This document shows positions 10,017 to 19,147 of a stretch of 64,000 bases of DNA, piece by piece. The position numbers and the translations under genes were made by a program. Below the pieces are notes generated by a model. The model searched no databases, had not been told where the DNA came from, and worked only from the letters and a program-made list of their open reading frames with translations. Position 1 is the stretch's first letter; each line of letters begins with the position of its first letter. This stretch comes from Acidobacteriota bacterium (GTDB taxonomy: Bacteria > Acidobacteriota > UBA6911 > RPQK01 > JAJDTT01): positions 4,768,001-4,832,000 of the forward strand of contig OZ253580.1 of the NCBI GenBank assembly GCA_965263035.1. The letters are read 5' to 3'.

Positions 10017-11785
10017 GCCGGGGAATGAGACGACGCCGAGCGCAGGGAGACCGGCGGACGCCCGTTGCAGGCGCGGGTCTTCTGATTCTGAGCCTGTTTT
10101 TCATGTCAGGTGTCGTGTTCTCCGCCCCCGGCATCTTTACCGACCAGGCTCAGGCGGTGGGAATCGATTTCGTGCACTTCAACGGGATGTCGGGGGAAAA
10201 GTACTACTGTGAGGTGGTGGGACCGGGCGGCGCCCTGTTCGATTACGACAACGACGGAGATCTGGACCTCTATATTGTCCAGGGCAACATGCTGGGGCCG
10301 GAAAAGACTCTGAAGGACTCGCTCTTCCCGCCGCGGGTCCCCTTGCCGCCGAGCGACCGCTTGTATCGAAACGACCTGGAGGTCCGGGCGGACGGGAGCC
10401 GGGTCCTGCGCTTCACCGACGTCACCGGGGAGAGCGGCATCGAGGCCACCGGATACGGCATGGGTGCGGCGGCGGCCGATGTCGACAACGACGGCTGGAT
10501 CGACCTCTACGTGACCAACTTCGGGCGGAATCAGCTGTTTCGAAACAACGGGAACGGCAGCTTCAGCGAGGCCGCATTGCCGGGAGAGGCCGCGCCCCGC
10601 TGGAGCGTCAGCGCGGCGTTCCTGGACTACGACCGCGACGGTTGGCTCGATCTCTTCGTCGGCAACTACGTCAACTTCAGCTTCTCCTATACCAAGGACT
10701 GTTTCGGTGCGACGGGGCGCGTCGACTATTGCGGCCCCCTCAGCTATGAGGCCGTCCCGGATCAGTTGTTTCGGAATCGGGGAGACGGGACGTTCCAGGA
10801 CGTATCGGCTTCCTCCCAGATCGCCCGCCAATACAACGGTTCCCTGGGGGTGGTCGCGGCCGACTTCAACCAGGACGGCTGGATCGACCTCTACGTGGCC
10901 AACGACCAGCGGCCCAATCATCTCTGGATGAATCAGAAAGACGGCACCTTCAGCAATGAGGCGTTGCTGGCCGGCTGCGCCTTCAACAAGGACGGGAAGG
11001 CGGAGTCGAGCATGGGCGTGGATGCCGCCGACTTCGACAACGACGGCGACGAAGATCTGTTCATGACGCATCTCCTGAACGAGACCAACACGCTCTATCG
11101 GAACGACGGCACCGGCTGGTTCGAGGACCAGTCCTCGGGGACCCTGCTCGCGTCCCCCAGCGTCCCCTTCACCGGATGGGGAACGGCCTTTCTGGACTAC
11201 GACAACGACGGCTGGCTGGACGTCCTGGCGTTGAACGGCCATGTCGACACCCTCGAGGCCCTGGCCAAGATCAATGACCCCTACCCGCTTCATCAGCGCA
11301 ATCAGCTCTTCCGCAACTTGGACGGGGGACGGTTCGAGGACGTGACCGGTGGGGCCGGACGGGTTTTCGAACTCTCGGAAGTGAGCCGGGGCGGGGCCTT
11401 CGGAGATGTGGACAACGACGGCGACACGGATGTCCTGGTGGTCAACAATAACGGCCGGGTGCGGCTTTTGATCAACCAGATCGGCCAGCGGCGTCATTGG
11501 CTGGGATTGCGGTTGTTGGATCGGCGGCTCAAGAGGGACCTGCTGGGCACTCGAGTGGGGGTATTCCTCCCCGCAGGGCGGACCCTCTGGCGCCGCGTCC
11601 GGACCGACGGGAGTTTCGCTTCGTCCAACGATCCCAGGTTGATCTTCGGACTCGGAGACGAGACGCGGGTGTTGAAGGTCCGCGCCTATTGGCCGGACGG
11701 AACTGAGGAGGAATGGAGCGGTCTGTCCATCGACCGATATACGGTTCTTTATCGGGGCAGCGGAGAAGCGGTGACGAACCGATGA
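10013..11785 (+). CDS. CRTAC1-family protein, copy 2 (close tandem paralog of copy 1)
   Basis: Highly similar to 8214..10016 over the mature region; ATGA overlap with copy 1 gives start 10013. Confidence 0.88.
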   Translation: MSRGMRRRRAQGDRRTPVAGAGLLILSLFFMSGVVFSAPGIFTDQAQAVGIDFVHFNGMSGEKYYCEVVGPGGALFDYDNDGDLDLYIVQGNMLGPEKTLKDSLFPPRVPLPPSDRLYRNDLEVRADGSRVLRFTDVTGESGIEATGYGMGAAAADVDNDGWIDLYVTNFGRNQLFRNNGNGSFSEAALPGEAAPRWSVSAAFLDYDRDGWLDLFVGNYVNFSFSYTKDCFGATGRVDYCGPLSYEAVPDQLFRNRGDGTFQDVSASSQIARQYNGSLGVVAADFNQDGWIDLYVANDQRPNHLWMNQKDGTFSNEALLAGCAFNKDGKAESSMGVDAADFDNDGDEDLFMTHLLNETNTLYRNDGTGWFEDQSSGTLLASPSVPFTGWGTAFLDYDNDGWLDVLALNGHVDTLEALAKINDPYPLHQRNQLFRNLDGGRFEDVTGGAGRVFELSEVSRGGAFGDVDNDGDTDVLVVNNNGRVRLLINQIGQRRHWLGLRLLDRRLKRDLLGTRVGVFLPAGRTLWRRVRTDGSFASSNDPRLIFGLGDETRVLKVRAYWPDGTEEEWSGLSIDRYTVLYRGSGEAVTNR

Positions 11786-13266
11786 GCAGGCGGACGGGAC
11801 GACGGCGGTTCTCGGAAGACCGGCAAAGGCGGGACGCGACGGCGGTTCTGCTGATTCTGGGCTTGATCTCCATGGTCCGCTTCGTGAACCCGGCGCCAAT
11901 CGAGAAGCTTCCTCCCGTGCCGGACCTGACTTCTTGGAAGGATGAGTTCGACGCCACGGCGTGGGAACAGATCGAGGCGGCGGTGAACCGACTGCGCTCG
12001 GAGCCCAAGGCCGCGGAGGCCAACGGCCGGCTGGGCATGATTCTCCATGCCCATGAGCGGTACAAGCTGGCGGAGCCGCTTTATCTCAGGTCTCACCTGT
12101 TGGCCCCCGATCATTACCCCTGGGCCTACTACCTGGGAGTCGTCCGGGTCCCGCTGGGACAGCTGGAGGGCGCCGCGGCCGGGTTTCGTCAGGCCGTGGC
12201 CCTCAAGCCGGACGACCTCCCGGCGCGCCTTGCGCTGGCGGACGTTCTCCGCGAGCTGGGCCAGTCGGATGAAAGCCGCGAGGCGTACGAACGGATCATC
12301 CGGGACCACCCCGGCTCGCCTGTGGCCCATTATGGTCTGGGGCGGGTCCACGCCGGGACAGGCGATCTGCAAGGGGCGGTCAAACACTTACGGAAGGCGT
12401 GCGAGTTGTTTCCTGAATTCGGGGCCAGTCACTACGCTATCGGTCTGGCCTATCGGAACCTGGGCGAGGGGGCCAAGATGCAGGAGCATCTCGTCCGGTT
12501 CCGGCAAAGCTCGACCCAGGAGCCTCCCCGTCAGGACCCGTTGCTGGACGCGATCGAGTCACTCGGTTCCAGAGCCGCCTGGTACCTGGAGAAGGGGATC
12601 GCCCTTCGCGACCAAGGAGATTTCCGAGCCGCAGCGGCCGCTTTCCAAAAGGCCCTGGAAATCGACCCGGATCACTCGGTGGTCCACGGGAATCTCTCCT
12701 CCTTGTACGTTGTATTGGGTGACGCGGCAAAGGTGGAGGAACACTACCGCAAGGCGGTGGCCATCGACCCGGGCATGTACAAGACGCACTACAACTTCGG
12801 CATGTTCCTGGGCATGTCCGGCCGCAAGAGGGAGGCCGAGGAGATGCTGAGAAAGGCTCTGGCAATCAATCCCTATCACTCCCTGAGTCACAACAACCTG
12901 GGATACCTGCTGGCGCAGCAGGGCCAAGCCGAAGAAGCAGCACGGCATTTCCGTCTGGCCATCCAGTACGAGCCCAATTTCCATCTCCCCCACTTCAATC
13001 TGGCCCGCCTGCTCATGACCCAGGGAAAGCCCGCCGAAGCGGTTCGGCACCTGGAGAAGACGCTGGAGCCGGAAGATGAGGGCACGCCCGTGTACCTGCA
13101 CACCCTGGCCCTGGCCTGGATCCAATTGAAACAGTTTCAGAAGGCCAAGGAGGTGGCGATGAAGGCGAAGCAGCTGGCTGGTGCATCCAGGCAGCATTCC
13201 CTGCTGCGGGAAATCGAAGAACTCCTGACCCGGTTGGAGCGGGTGAGTGCGCTTGGCACCGAATAG
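11782..13266 (+). CDS. Exported tetratricopeptide-repeat protein
   Basis: Many TPR units (e.g. AHYGLGRVH, HNNLGYLL, HFNLARLL); ATGA overlap with the upstream gene. Confidence 0.88.
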   Translation: MSRRTGRRRFSEDRQRRDATAVLLILGLISMVRFVNPAPIEKLPPVPDLTSWKDEFDATAWEQIEAAVNRLRSEPKAAEANGRLGMILHAHERYKLAEPLYLRSHLLAPDHYPWAYYLGVVRVPLGQLEGAAAGFRQAVALKPDDLPARLALADVLRELGQSDESREAYERIIRDHPGSPVAHYGLGRVHAGTGDLQGAVKHLRKACELFPEFGASHYAIGLAYRNLGEGAKMQEHLVRFRQSSTQEPPRQDPLLDAIESLGSRAAWYLEKGIALRDQGDFRAAAAAFQKALEIDPDHSVVHGNLSSLYVVLGDAAKVEEHYRKAVAIDPGMYKTHYNFGMFLGMSGRKREAEEMLRKALAINPYHSLSHNNLGYLLAQQGQAEEAARHFRLAIQYEPNFHLPHFNLARLLMTQGKPAEAVRHLEKTLEPEDEGTPVYLHTLALAWIQLKQFQKAKEVAMKAKQLAGASRQHSLLREIEELLTRLERVSALGTE

Positions 13267-13279
13267 GACGAGGGTTCCG

Positions 13280-15001
13280 ATGAGCCGGTTTCTGCCCGCG
13301 TTCGTTCTGACTCTGGCCGGAATCCTGTCAGGCGGACGACTGGAGGCGGGGGAGGATTCCGTAGTCCGGGAATCGGCCCGAGAGTTGGGTCTGGACTTCC
13401 ATCATTTCATCGGCGCCACCGGAGAGTTCCATCTGCCCGAGATCATGGGCTCCGGAGTGGGGCTGTTGGACTACGACGGCGACGGTGACCTGGACGTCTA
13501 CCTGATCCAGGGAGCGATGCTTGACCCGGCCCAGACCCTCTCCCAATCTCTGTATCCGTTCCCCGGACGCCGGCCGCCCCGCAACCGCCTCTTCCGCAAT
13601 CAGTTGAAGGAGACGGGCCGGCTCGGGTTCATGGATGCGACCGGCGTCGCCGGTGTGGGACACGAGGGGTACGGGATGGGCCTGGCCGTCGGCGACTACG
13701 ACGGCGACGGCGATCTGGACCTCTATCTGACCAATTTCGGACCCAACGTGTTGTATCGGAACCGCGGCGACGGGACCTTCCAGGACGTGACGCGAAACGC
13801 CGGCGTGGACGACCCCAGGTTCAGCACCAGCGCCACCTTTCTGGACTACGACGGGGACGGCGACCTGGACCTCTACGTCGCCAACTACGTCTCCTTTACC
13901 GTCAGGGGGAACAAGGCCTGCGGCGAGACCCGCCGGGACTACTGTTCGCCCAGCGTCTACGAGCCGTTACCGGACCGGCTGTTTCGGAACCTGGGGAGCG
14001 GCAAGTTCGAAGACGCCAGCGAGGAAGCCGGACTGGGTGTCGCCTTCGGAGCCGGACTGGGCGTCATCGCGGTGGACGCCAACCGGGACCGCCGGTTGGA
14101 TCTCTACGTCGCCAATGACGGGACTCCCAATCAACTGTGGATCAACGACGGCAAGGGAGGCTTCGAGGATTTCGGGCTGATGTCGGGGGTCGCGTACAAT
14201 GCCGACGGCGTGGCGGAGGCGGGCATGGGCGTGACGGCCGCCGATTTTGACGGCGACGGCGACGAGGACATCTTCGTCACCCACAACCAGCGAGAGACCA
14301 ATACCCTCTACCTGGGCGACCTGGCCACGGGCTTCACCGACGCCACCTCTCGATTCGCGCTGGCCCAAGCGAGTGTTCCGTACACCGGATTCGGGACCCT
14401 CTGGTTCGATTACGATCTCGACGGCTGGCTGGACCTGTTTGTGGCCAACGGGGCGGTCACCGTGGATGAGAACCAGCCCTCCGATTCGGATTATCCTTAC
14501 GCCCAGAGGAACCAGCTCTTTCGGAACCACGGCCGGGGAGCGTATCGGGAGGTGGCCGCGGCTGCCGCGGGACCGGGAATGGAACTGGTCGAAGTCAGCC
14601 GGGGAGCCGCCTTCGGGGACCTGGACGACGATGGAGACGTGGATGTGGTGCTGGCGAACAACAACGGTCCGGCCCGTCTTCTGCTCAACCGGATGGCATC
14701 GGGGAGCCGCTGGCTGGGCGTGCGCCTGGAAGGCGAGAATAGCCCCTACGCCGGAATTGACCAGGCGGGCGTCGCCGTGTTGCGGGAGGGACTCCCGCCC
14801 CTCTGGCGCCGCTGCCGCACCGACGGCAGCTATTTGAGCGCCCATGACGGGCGGGTCCATTTCGGACTCGGTGCAGACGTTGAGCTCAAGGGCGTTGCCG
14901 TCGAATGGCCGGATGGCCGATGCGAGATCTGGTCCGGCATCAGTTCCGGCCGCTACGTGACGTTGCGCCGTGGTTCGGGGCAGCCTTGCGATTCCGAGTG
15001 A
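13280..15001 (+). CDS. CRTAC1-family protein, copy 3
   Basis: Signal peptide, DYDGDGDLD repeats, GSYLSAHDGRVHFGLG. Confidence 0.88.
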   Translation: MSRFLPAFVLTLAGILSGGRLEAGEDSVVRESARELGLDFHHFIGATGEFHLPEIMGSGVGLLDYDGDGDLDVYLIQGAMLDPAQTLSQSLYPFPGRRPPRNRLFRNQLKETGRLGFMDATGVAGVGHEGYGMGLAVGDYDGDGDLDLYLTNFGPNVLYRNRGDGTFQDVTRNAGVDDPRFSTSATFLDYDGDGDLDLYVANYVSFTVRGNKACGETRRDYCSPSVYEPLPDRLFRNLGSGKFEDASEEAGLGVAFGAGLGVIAVDANRDRRLDLYVANDGTPNQLWINDGKGGFEDFGLMSGVAYNADGVAEAGMGVTAADFDGDGDEDIFVTHNQRETNTLYLGDLATGFTDATSRFALAQASVPYTGFGTLWFDYDLDGWLDLFVANGAVTVDENQPSDSDYPYAQRNQLFRNHGRGAYREVAAAAAGPGMELVEVSRGAAFGDLDDDGDVDVVLANNNGPARLLLNRMASGSRWLGVRLEGENSPYAGIDQAGVAVLREGLPPLWRRCRTDGSYLSAHDGRVHFGLGADVELKGVAVEWPDGRCEIWSGISSGRYVTLRRGSGQPCDSE

Positions 15002-15093
15002 AGGGCCGGGTCACGGACGCACGGGACGTCTGTCGAGAACGGGAGTCGGCAGTATACTGGGACGAAAGGGGCGATAGCCGGACGAGTCGAATC

Positions 15094-17097
15094 ATGGAAA
15101 CAACGCATTTGGCCGGGAAGAAGATTTGGGAGCGGCTCTGCTTGGGCCGTTCGTGGGGCTGGTTGAAGACGGGGGTCCTGGTTCTGGTCCTGTCCGGTTG
15201 GAGCCAGGAAGCCGCTGGGCAGAAGGAAGACTCCGAGGCCGCGGCGCGAGTATTGGCTGTTCCCGGCACGGTTCTTGCGCCGGAATGGATGGAGTTTCGC
15301 AAGGAACTGCAGGTCGAAAGCAAGGACACCCTCGGCGTGTTTCACGATTTTCGGTTCTCGGACCGCGTCGAAGAGAGCGGAATCGAGTTCGTTCACCGGA
15401 TCGTGGATGACTCGGGGAAGTACTGGAAACCGGTGCACTACGACCACGGGAACGGAATCGCCGCCGCGGACGTGGACGGCGACGGGCTCGAGGACATCTA
15501 TTTCCTCAACCAGATTGGAGCCAATCAACTCTGGCGAAACCTGGGCCGGGGCCGGTTCCGGGACCTGACCGAAATGGCGGGAGTGGGCTTGGCCGACAGG
15601 ATCAGTGTGGCGGCCTCCTTCGCCGACGTCGACAACGACGGCGACGCCGACCTCTTCGTCACCACCGTGCGTCGCGGGAACGTCCTGTTCGAAAACCGGG
15701 GAAAGGGCCGGTTCCGGGACGTGACCAGGGAATCGGGCCTCGTCTACTCGGGGCACTCATCCGGAAGCGTGTTCTTCGATTACGATCGAGACGGCCTCTT
15801 GGACCTGTTCGTGACCAATGTGGGCGTGTACACCACCGACCAGGTCGGCAGGGGAGGTTACTTCGTCGGAGTGGACGATGCCTTCGGGGGGCACCTGCGG
15901 CCGGAGCGTACGGAGAAGAGCCTGCTCTACAGGAACCTGGGCAATCGCCGGTTCGAGGAGGTCTCCCAGAGACTGGGACTCGTCGATGAAGGTTGGAGCG
16001 GCGACGCCAATCCCATCGACGTCAACCGGGACGGTTGGCCCGACCTCTACGTCCTGAACATGCAGGGCAACGACGAGTACTACGAGAACGTGGAGGGCCG
16101 GAAGTTCGTCAAGAAGAGCCGGGAGCTGTTTCCCGCGACCCCTTGGGGCTCGATGGGGATCCAGGTCTTCGATTTCGACAACGACGGGCGCATGGATATC
16201 TTTCTGACCGACATGCATTCGGATATGAGCGAAAACATCCCTCCCCTCTTCGAGAAGCTCAAGTCGCAGATGCTATGGACTCCGGCACGCTTGGCCGTTC
16301 CGCGCGAGCAGAGCATCTACGGGAATGCGTTCTATCTCAACCAGGGTCAGGGCCGATTCCGGGAAGTCTCCGACCAGGTCGGCGCCGAGAACTACTGGCC
16401 CTGGGGGCTCAGCGCCGGAGATCTGAACGCCGACGGCTACATCGACGCCTTCATCGCGTCGAGCATGAACTATCCGTTTCGTTACGGGGTCAATTCCGTC
16501 CTGCTCAACGACCGGGGAAAGACCTTTCGGGACAGCGAGTTCATTCTGGGCGTGGAGCCCAGGCGCGGGAACCGTACCGCCGGACCCTGGTTCGAACTGG
16601 ACTGTGACGGCGAGGACAAGACGCATACCGGGTGCCAGGGACGAAGCGGCCGATTCACGGTCTGGGCCGCCTTGGGGACCCGGTCATCGGTGATATTCGA
16701 TTTGGATGGAGACGGCGACCAGGACATCGTCACGAACGAGTTCAACTCCGAACCGATGGTGCTGGTCAGCGATCTGGCCGAGAGAAACCGGATCCGCTAC
16801 CTGAAGGTGAAGCTGCAGGGTGGGCGCAGCAACCGGGACGGACTTGGCGCCCGGGTGACGCTGCAGGCCGGAGCCCGAAGTTATACTCGGGTCCACGACG
16901 GCAAATTGGGCTACCTCTCGCAGAGCCGGTTGCCCCTTTACTTCGGACTGGGGAACGCGAGCCTCGTAGACCGGATCGAGGTGATCTGGCCCTCTGGAGA
17001 ACGCCAAGTCGTTTCCGGACCCATCCAGGCCAACCAACAGCTGGAAGTCAAGGAACCGGCGGGCCAGGCGCCGGTTCCGAATGAGGTGAAACCATGA
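15094..17097 (+). CDS. CRTAC1-family protein, copy 4 (divergent subfamily)
   Basis: FG-GAP loops, GYLSQSRLPLYFGLG ASPIC motif; start uncertain. Confidence 0.85.
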   Translation: METTHLAGKKIWERLCLGRSWGWLKTGVLVLVLSGWSQEAAGQKEDSEAAARVLAVPGTVLAPEWMEFRKELQVESKDTLGVFHDFRFSDRVEESGIEFVHRIVDDSGKYWKPVHYDHGNGIAAADVDGDGLEDIYFLNQIGANQLWRNLGRGRFRDLTEMAGVGLADRISVAASFADVDNDGDADLFVTTVRRGNVLFENRGKGRFRDVTRESGLVYSGHSSGSVFFDYDRDGLLDLFVTNVGVYTTDQVGRGGYFVGVDDAFGGHLRPERTEKSLLYRNLGNRRFEEVSQRLGLVDEGWSGDANPIDVNRDGWPDLYVLNMQGNDEYYENVEGRKFVKKSRELFPATPWGSMGIQVFDFDNDGRMDIFLTDMHSDMSENIPPLFEKLKSQMLWTPARLAVPREQSIYGNAFYLNQGQGRFREVSDQVGAENYWPWGLSAGDLNADGYIDAFIASSMNYPFRYGVNSVLLNDRGKTFRDSEFILGVEPRRGNRTAGPWFELDCDGEDKTHTGCQGRSGRFTVWAALGTRSSVIFDLDGDGDQDIVTNEFNSEPMVLVSDLAERNRIRYLKVKLQGGRSNRDGLGARVTLQAGARSYTRVHDGKLGYLSQSRLPLYFGLGNASLVDRIEVIWPSGERQVVSGPIQANQQLEVKEPAGQAPVPNEVKP

Positions 17098-18110
17098 GCA
17101 ATAAGGTGGTGCGGCGGTGGATGGGCGTTCTGGCAGCGGCTGCGATCGTTGCGGCCGGACCGGGTTGCGGCGGTCCGTCCCAAGAGGCGCCGGAGCCCGA
17201 CGAAACTGCGGTTGAGGAAACCGCGCTTCCCAGCTTGGTGACGCAGGCGGAGCACGAGTCCACCAAGGCCAAGTTGACGGTGCAGTTCAGCGACGATTTC
17301 AACCAGGCTTACGGTCCGCCGGACCAGTTCGACCTGAAACGTTGGATCCGCTTGCCAACGGCCCGGGCGCGAATCCGGGATGGACACTGGTTGCTGGAAA
17401 TCGAGCGGGCGCCCCCTCCCGGACCCGGCGACGCCGTTCTGGGCGGTTTTGGCACGACCGGGAAATATTTCAATCCCGGATTGGCCGGGACCAACGGCGC
17501 AGAGGTGACCGTCGGCGTGTTCAGCCACGAGGACTACCCGGAGGAAATGAACAAGCCGGGACAACTGGTCCAAGCGTGGAGCATCACGCTGGGCAGTTGG
17601 CACGGGTTCGTGGGTGGCCAGAAGGACGAGGATCGGGGAGTACAGCTCCATTTCGATCTGTTGCGAGACGATGGGCTCTTCGTCTACCTGGTGCGCGGTC
17701 TCAGGCCCGATGACTTCGACAAGTATCCGAGGGACGCCTTCGGGACCGAAGAGGGCAAGAACATGACTCCCCAGGAACTCAGGGTCGCCCATGAAGCGGC
17801 CATCGAAACGGGTGGTCCCTACGTGACCGTCCCCTGCCTGGCGCTCGCCACCCGGGTTTATCGGGACCCGGCGGAGATCGACGACTTGTTGGAGCGACCT
17901 CGGCGCTGGGGAGTCTACCTGACCGACGACGCCAACACCGTCTACTGGACCCTGGACGACCAGGTGATGGACGTCTTGGACATCACCGGTTACTTCAGTT
18001 CCGGATCCAAGTCGGTGGAGGACGGCGCACTCATCACCATCATGGGAGTCGCCACGAACCAGCTCAACGTCTGGAAGATGGACGATCTGGAGTTTCGCGC
18101 GTCTCCCTGA
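17094..18110 (+). CDS. Hypothetical lipoprotein
   Basis: Basic N-terminus, hydrophobic stretch, Cys at AAGPGC; ATGA overlap with CRTAC1 copy 4. Confidence 0.7.
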   Translation: MSNKVVRRWMGVLAAAAIVAAGPGCGGPSQEAPEPDETAVEETALPSLVTQAEHESTKAKLTVQFSDDFNQAYGPPDQFDLKRWIRLPTARARIRDGHWLLEIERAPPPGPGDAVLGGFGTTGKYFNPGLAGTNGAEVTVGVFSHEDYPEEMNKPGQLVQAWSITLGSWHGFVGGQKDEDRGVQLHFDLLRDDGLFVYLVRGLRPDDFDKYPRDAFGTEEGKNMTPQELRVAHEAAIETGGPYVTVPCLALATRVYRDPAEIDDLLERPRRWGVYLTDDANTVYWTLDDQVMDVLDITGYFSSGSKSVEDGALITIMGVATNQLNVWKMDDLEFRASP

Positions 18111-18127
18111 CGGCCGGCCGGTTCCGA

Positions 18128-19090
18128 TCAGGGGCTCGTTTCGGATCCACCCGGAGCGGAAGTGTTCACAAAGGCCTCGTCAGACCACTGGACGTTGCCG
18201 CCCTTGTCGACGATTCCTATGGCGATGGTGGAGAGGCGGAATGGACTGTCCTCTTCAGGTACCTCCAGGCACATCTCCAGGATCGTGGGCTCCTGGAAGT
18301 CCCAGGGGAAGGACGCGGTCTTTTCTCCCGTGATCTCCCGGCTGGATGGGTTGCCGGTGGGTGTCCCCTCCAGATCGAAGGCTCGGAAATGGAGTTGAGT
18401 GCCGGCAGGGGCGCTCTGTTCCGGATCGGCCGTCACCGAGGCAAGACCGAGATCCCTGCCGGCTCCGAAGACGCCGGTCAGTACTTGGCAGTCGCCATTT
18501 CCCAACCATTGCTCCGGAGCTTGTCCGGCAACCGAGAAGACCTCCTCGATCTCGCCATCCACCCGATCCTCCACCAGATAACGCCCCTGAACCTGCAGCG
18601 AGTCGGCCGAGCAGGGAGACGGGACGAACACCGAGACGGCTCCCACCACGAGTTCCCCAGAGTCGGTCGTCAAGGTCAGGATTCGGGCACCACCCATGGG
18701 CAGGGTCGTGCGGAGCAGATTGCCTTCAACCGGCTCGCCGTCGAAGAGCACGTTTGGAGCTTCGGTGCTTCCTCGATGGAAGAGCAGCGCCACGTCGCAG
18801 GACTGCGGATTCGGGTCCTGGTGCGTGAGGACAATTTCGGCGTGGGCGTTGCTCCCTCCCAAGGGGCCCATGAAGACGTGGGGAAGCACGGCCGCAGTGG
18901 CGCAAGGTTCGCCGTCCCGGAGGGAAAGACAGTAGCCGGGCTCGACCGCGCGGGCATCCTCGTCGCTGGAGGCCGTCAACGGAGAAGCGGCCATCGCCGG
19001 AAGCAGGACCACGGTGAAGCTCCAGGCCACCGCCGCATAGAGGGCACGCAGCAAGCTGATTCCTAACGGTATTGATTTCGACATTCCCAA
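18128..19090 (-). CDS. Secreted protein consisting only of the Cys-rich domain found at the C-terminus of the two LRR proteins
   Basis: Signal peptide, then YCLSLRDGEPCATAAVLPHVFMGPLG...KGGNVQWSDEA, collinear with the ends of 28373..30898 and 31018..33543. Confidence 0.85.
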   Translation of the reverse strand: MGMSKSIPLGISLLRALYAAVAWSFTVVLLPAMAASPLTASSDEDARAVEPGYCLSLRDGEPCATAAVLPHVFMGPLGGSNAHAEIVLTHQDPNPQSCDVALLFHRGSTEAPNVLFDGEPVEGNLLRTTLPMGGARILTLTTDSGELVVGAVSVFVPSPCSADSLQVQGRYLVEDRVDGEIEEVFSVAGQAPEQWLGNGDCQVLTGVFGAGRDLGLASVTADPEQSAPAGTQLHFRAFDLEGTPTGNPSSREITGEKTASFPWDFQEPTILEMCLEVPEEDSPFRLSTIAIGIVDKGGNVQWSDEAFVNTSAPGGSETSP

Positions 19091-19147
19091 CTCGGATTCC
19101 CTTCGGGGTCACCAAGTGTACAAAGAAGTTATAAACTCGGCGACTCG

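Noticed and set aside
8214-17097. Recurrent GACxACGACAACGACGG motifs as a DNA repeat family or DGR template
   Set aside because: They encode FG-GAP DxDxDG loops inside CDSs
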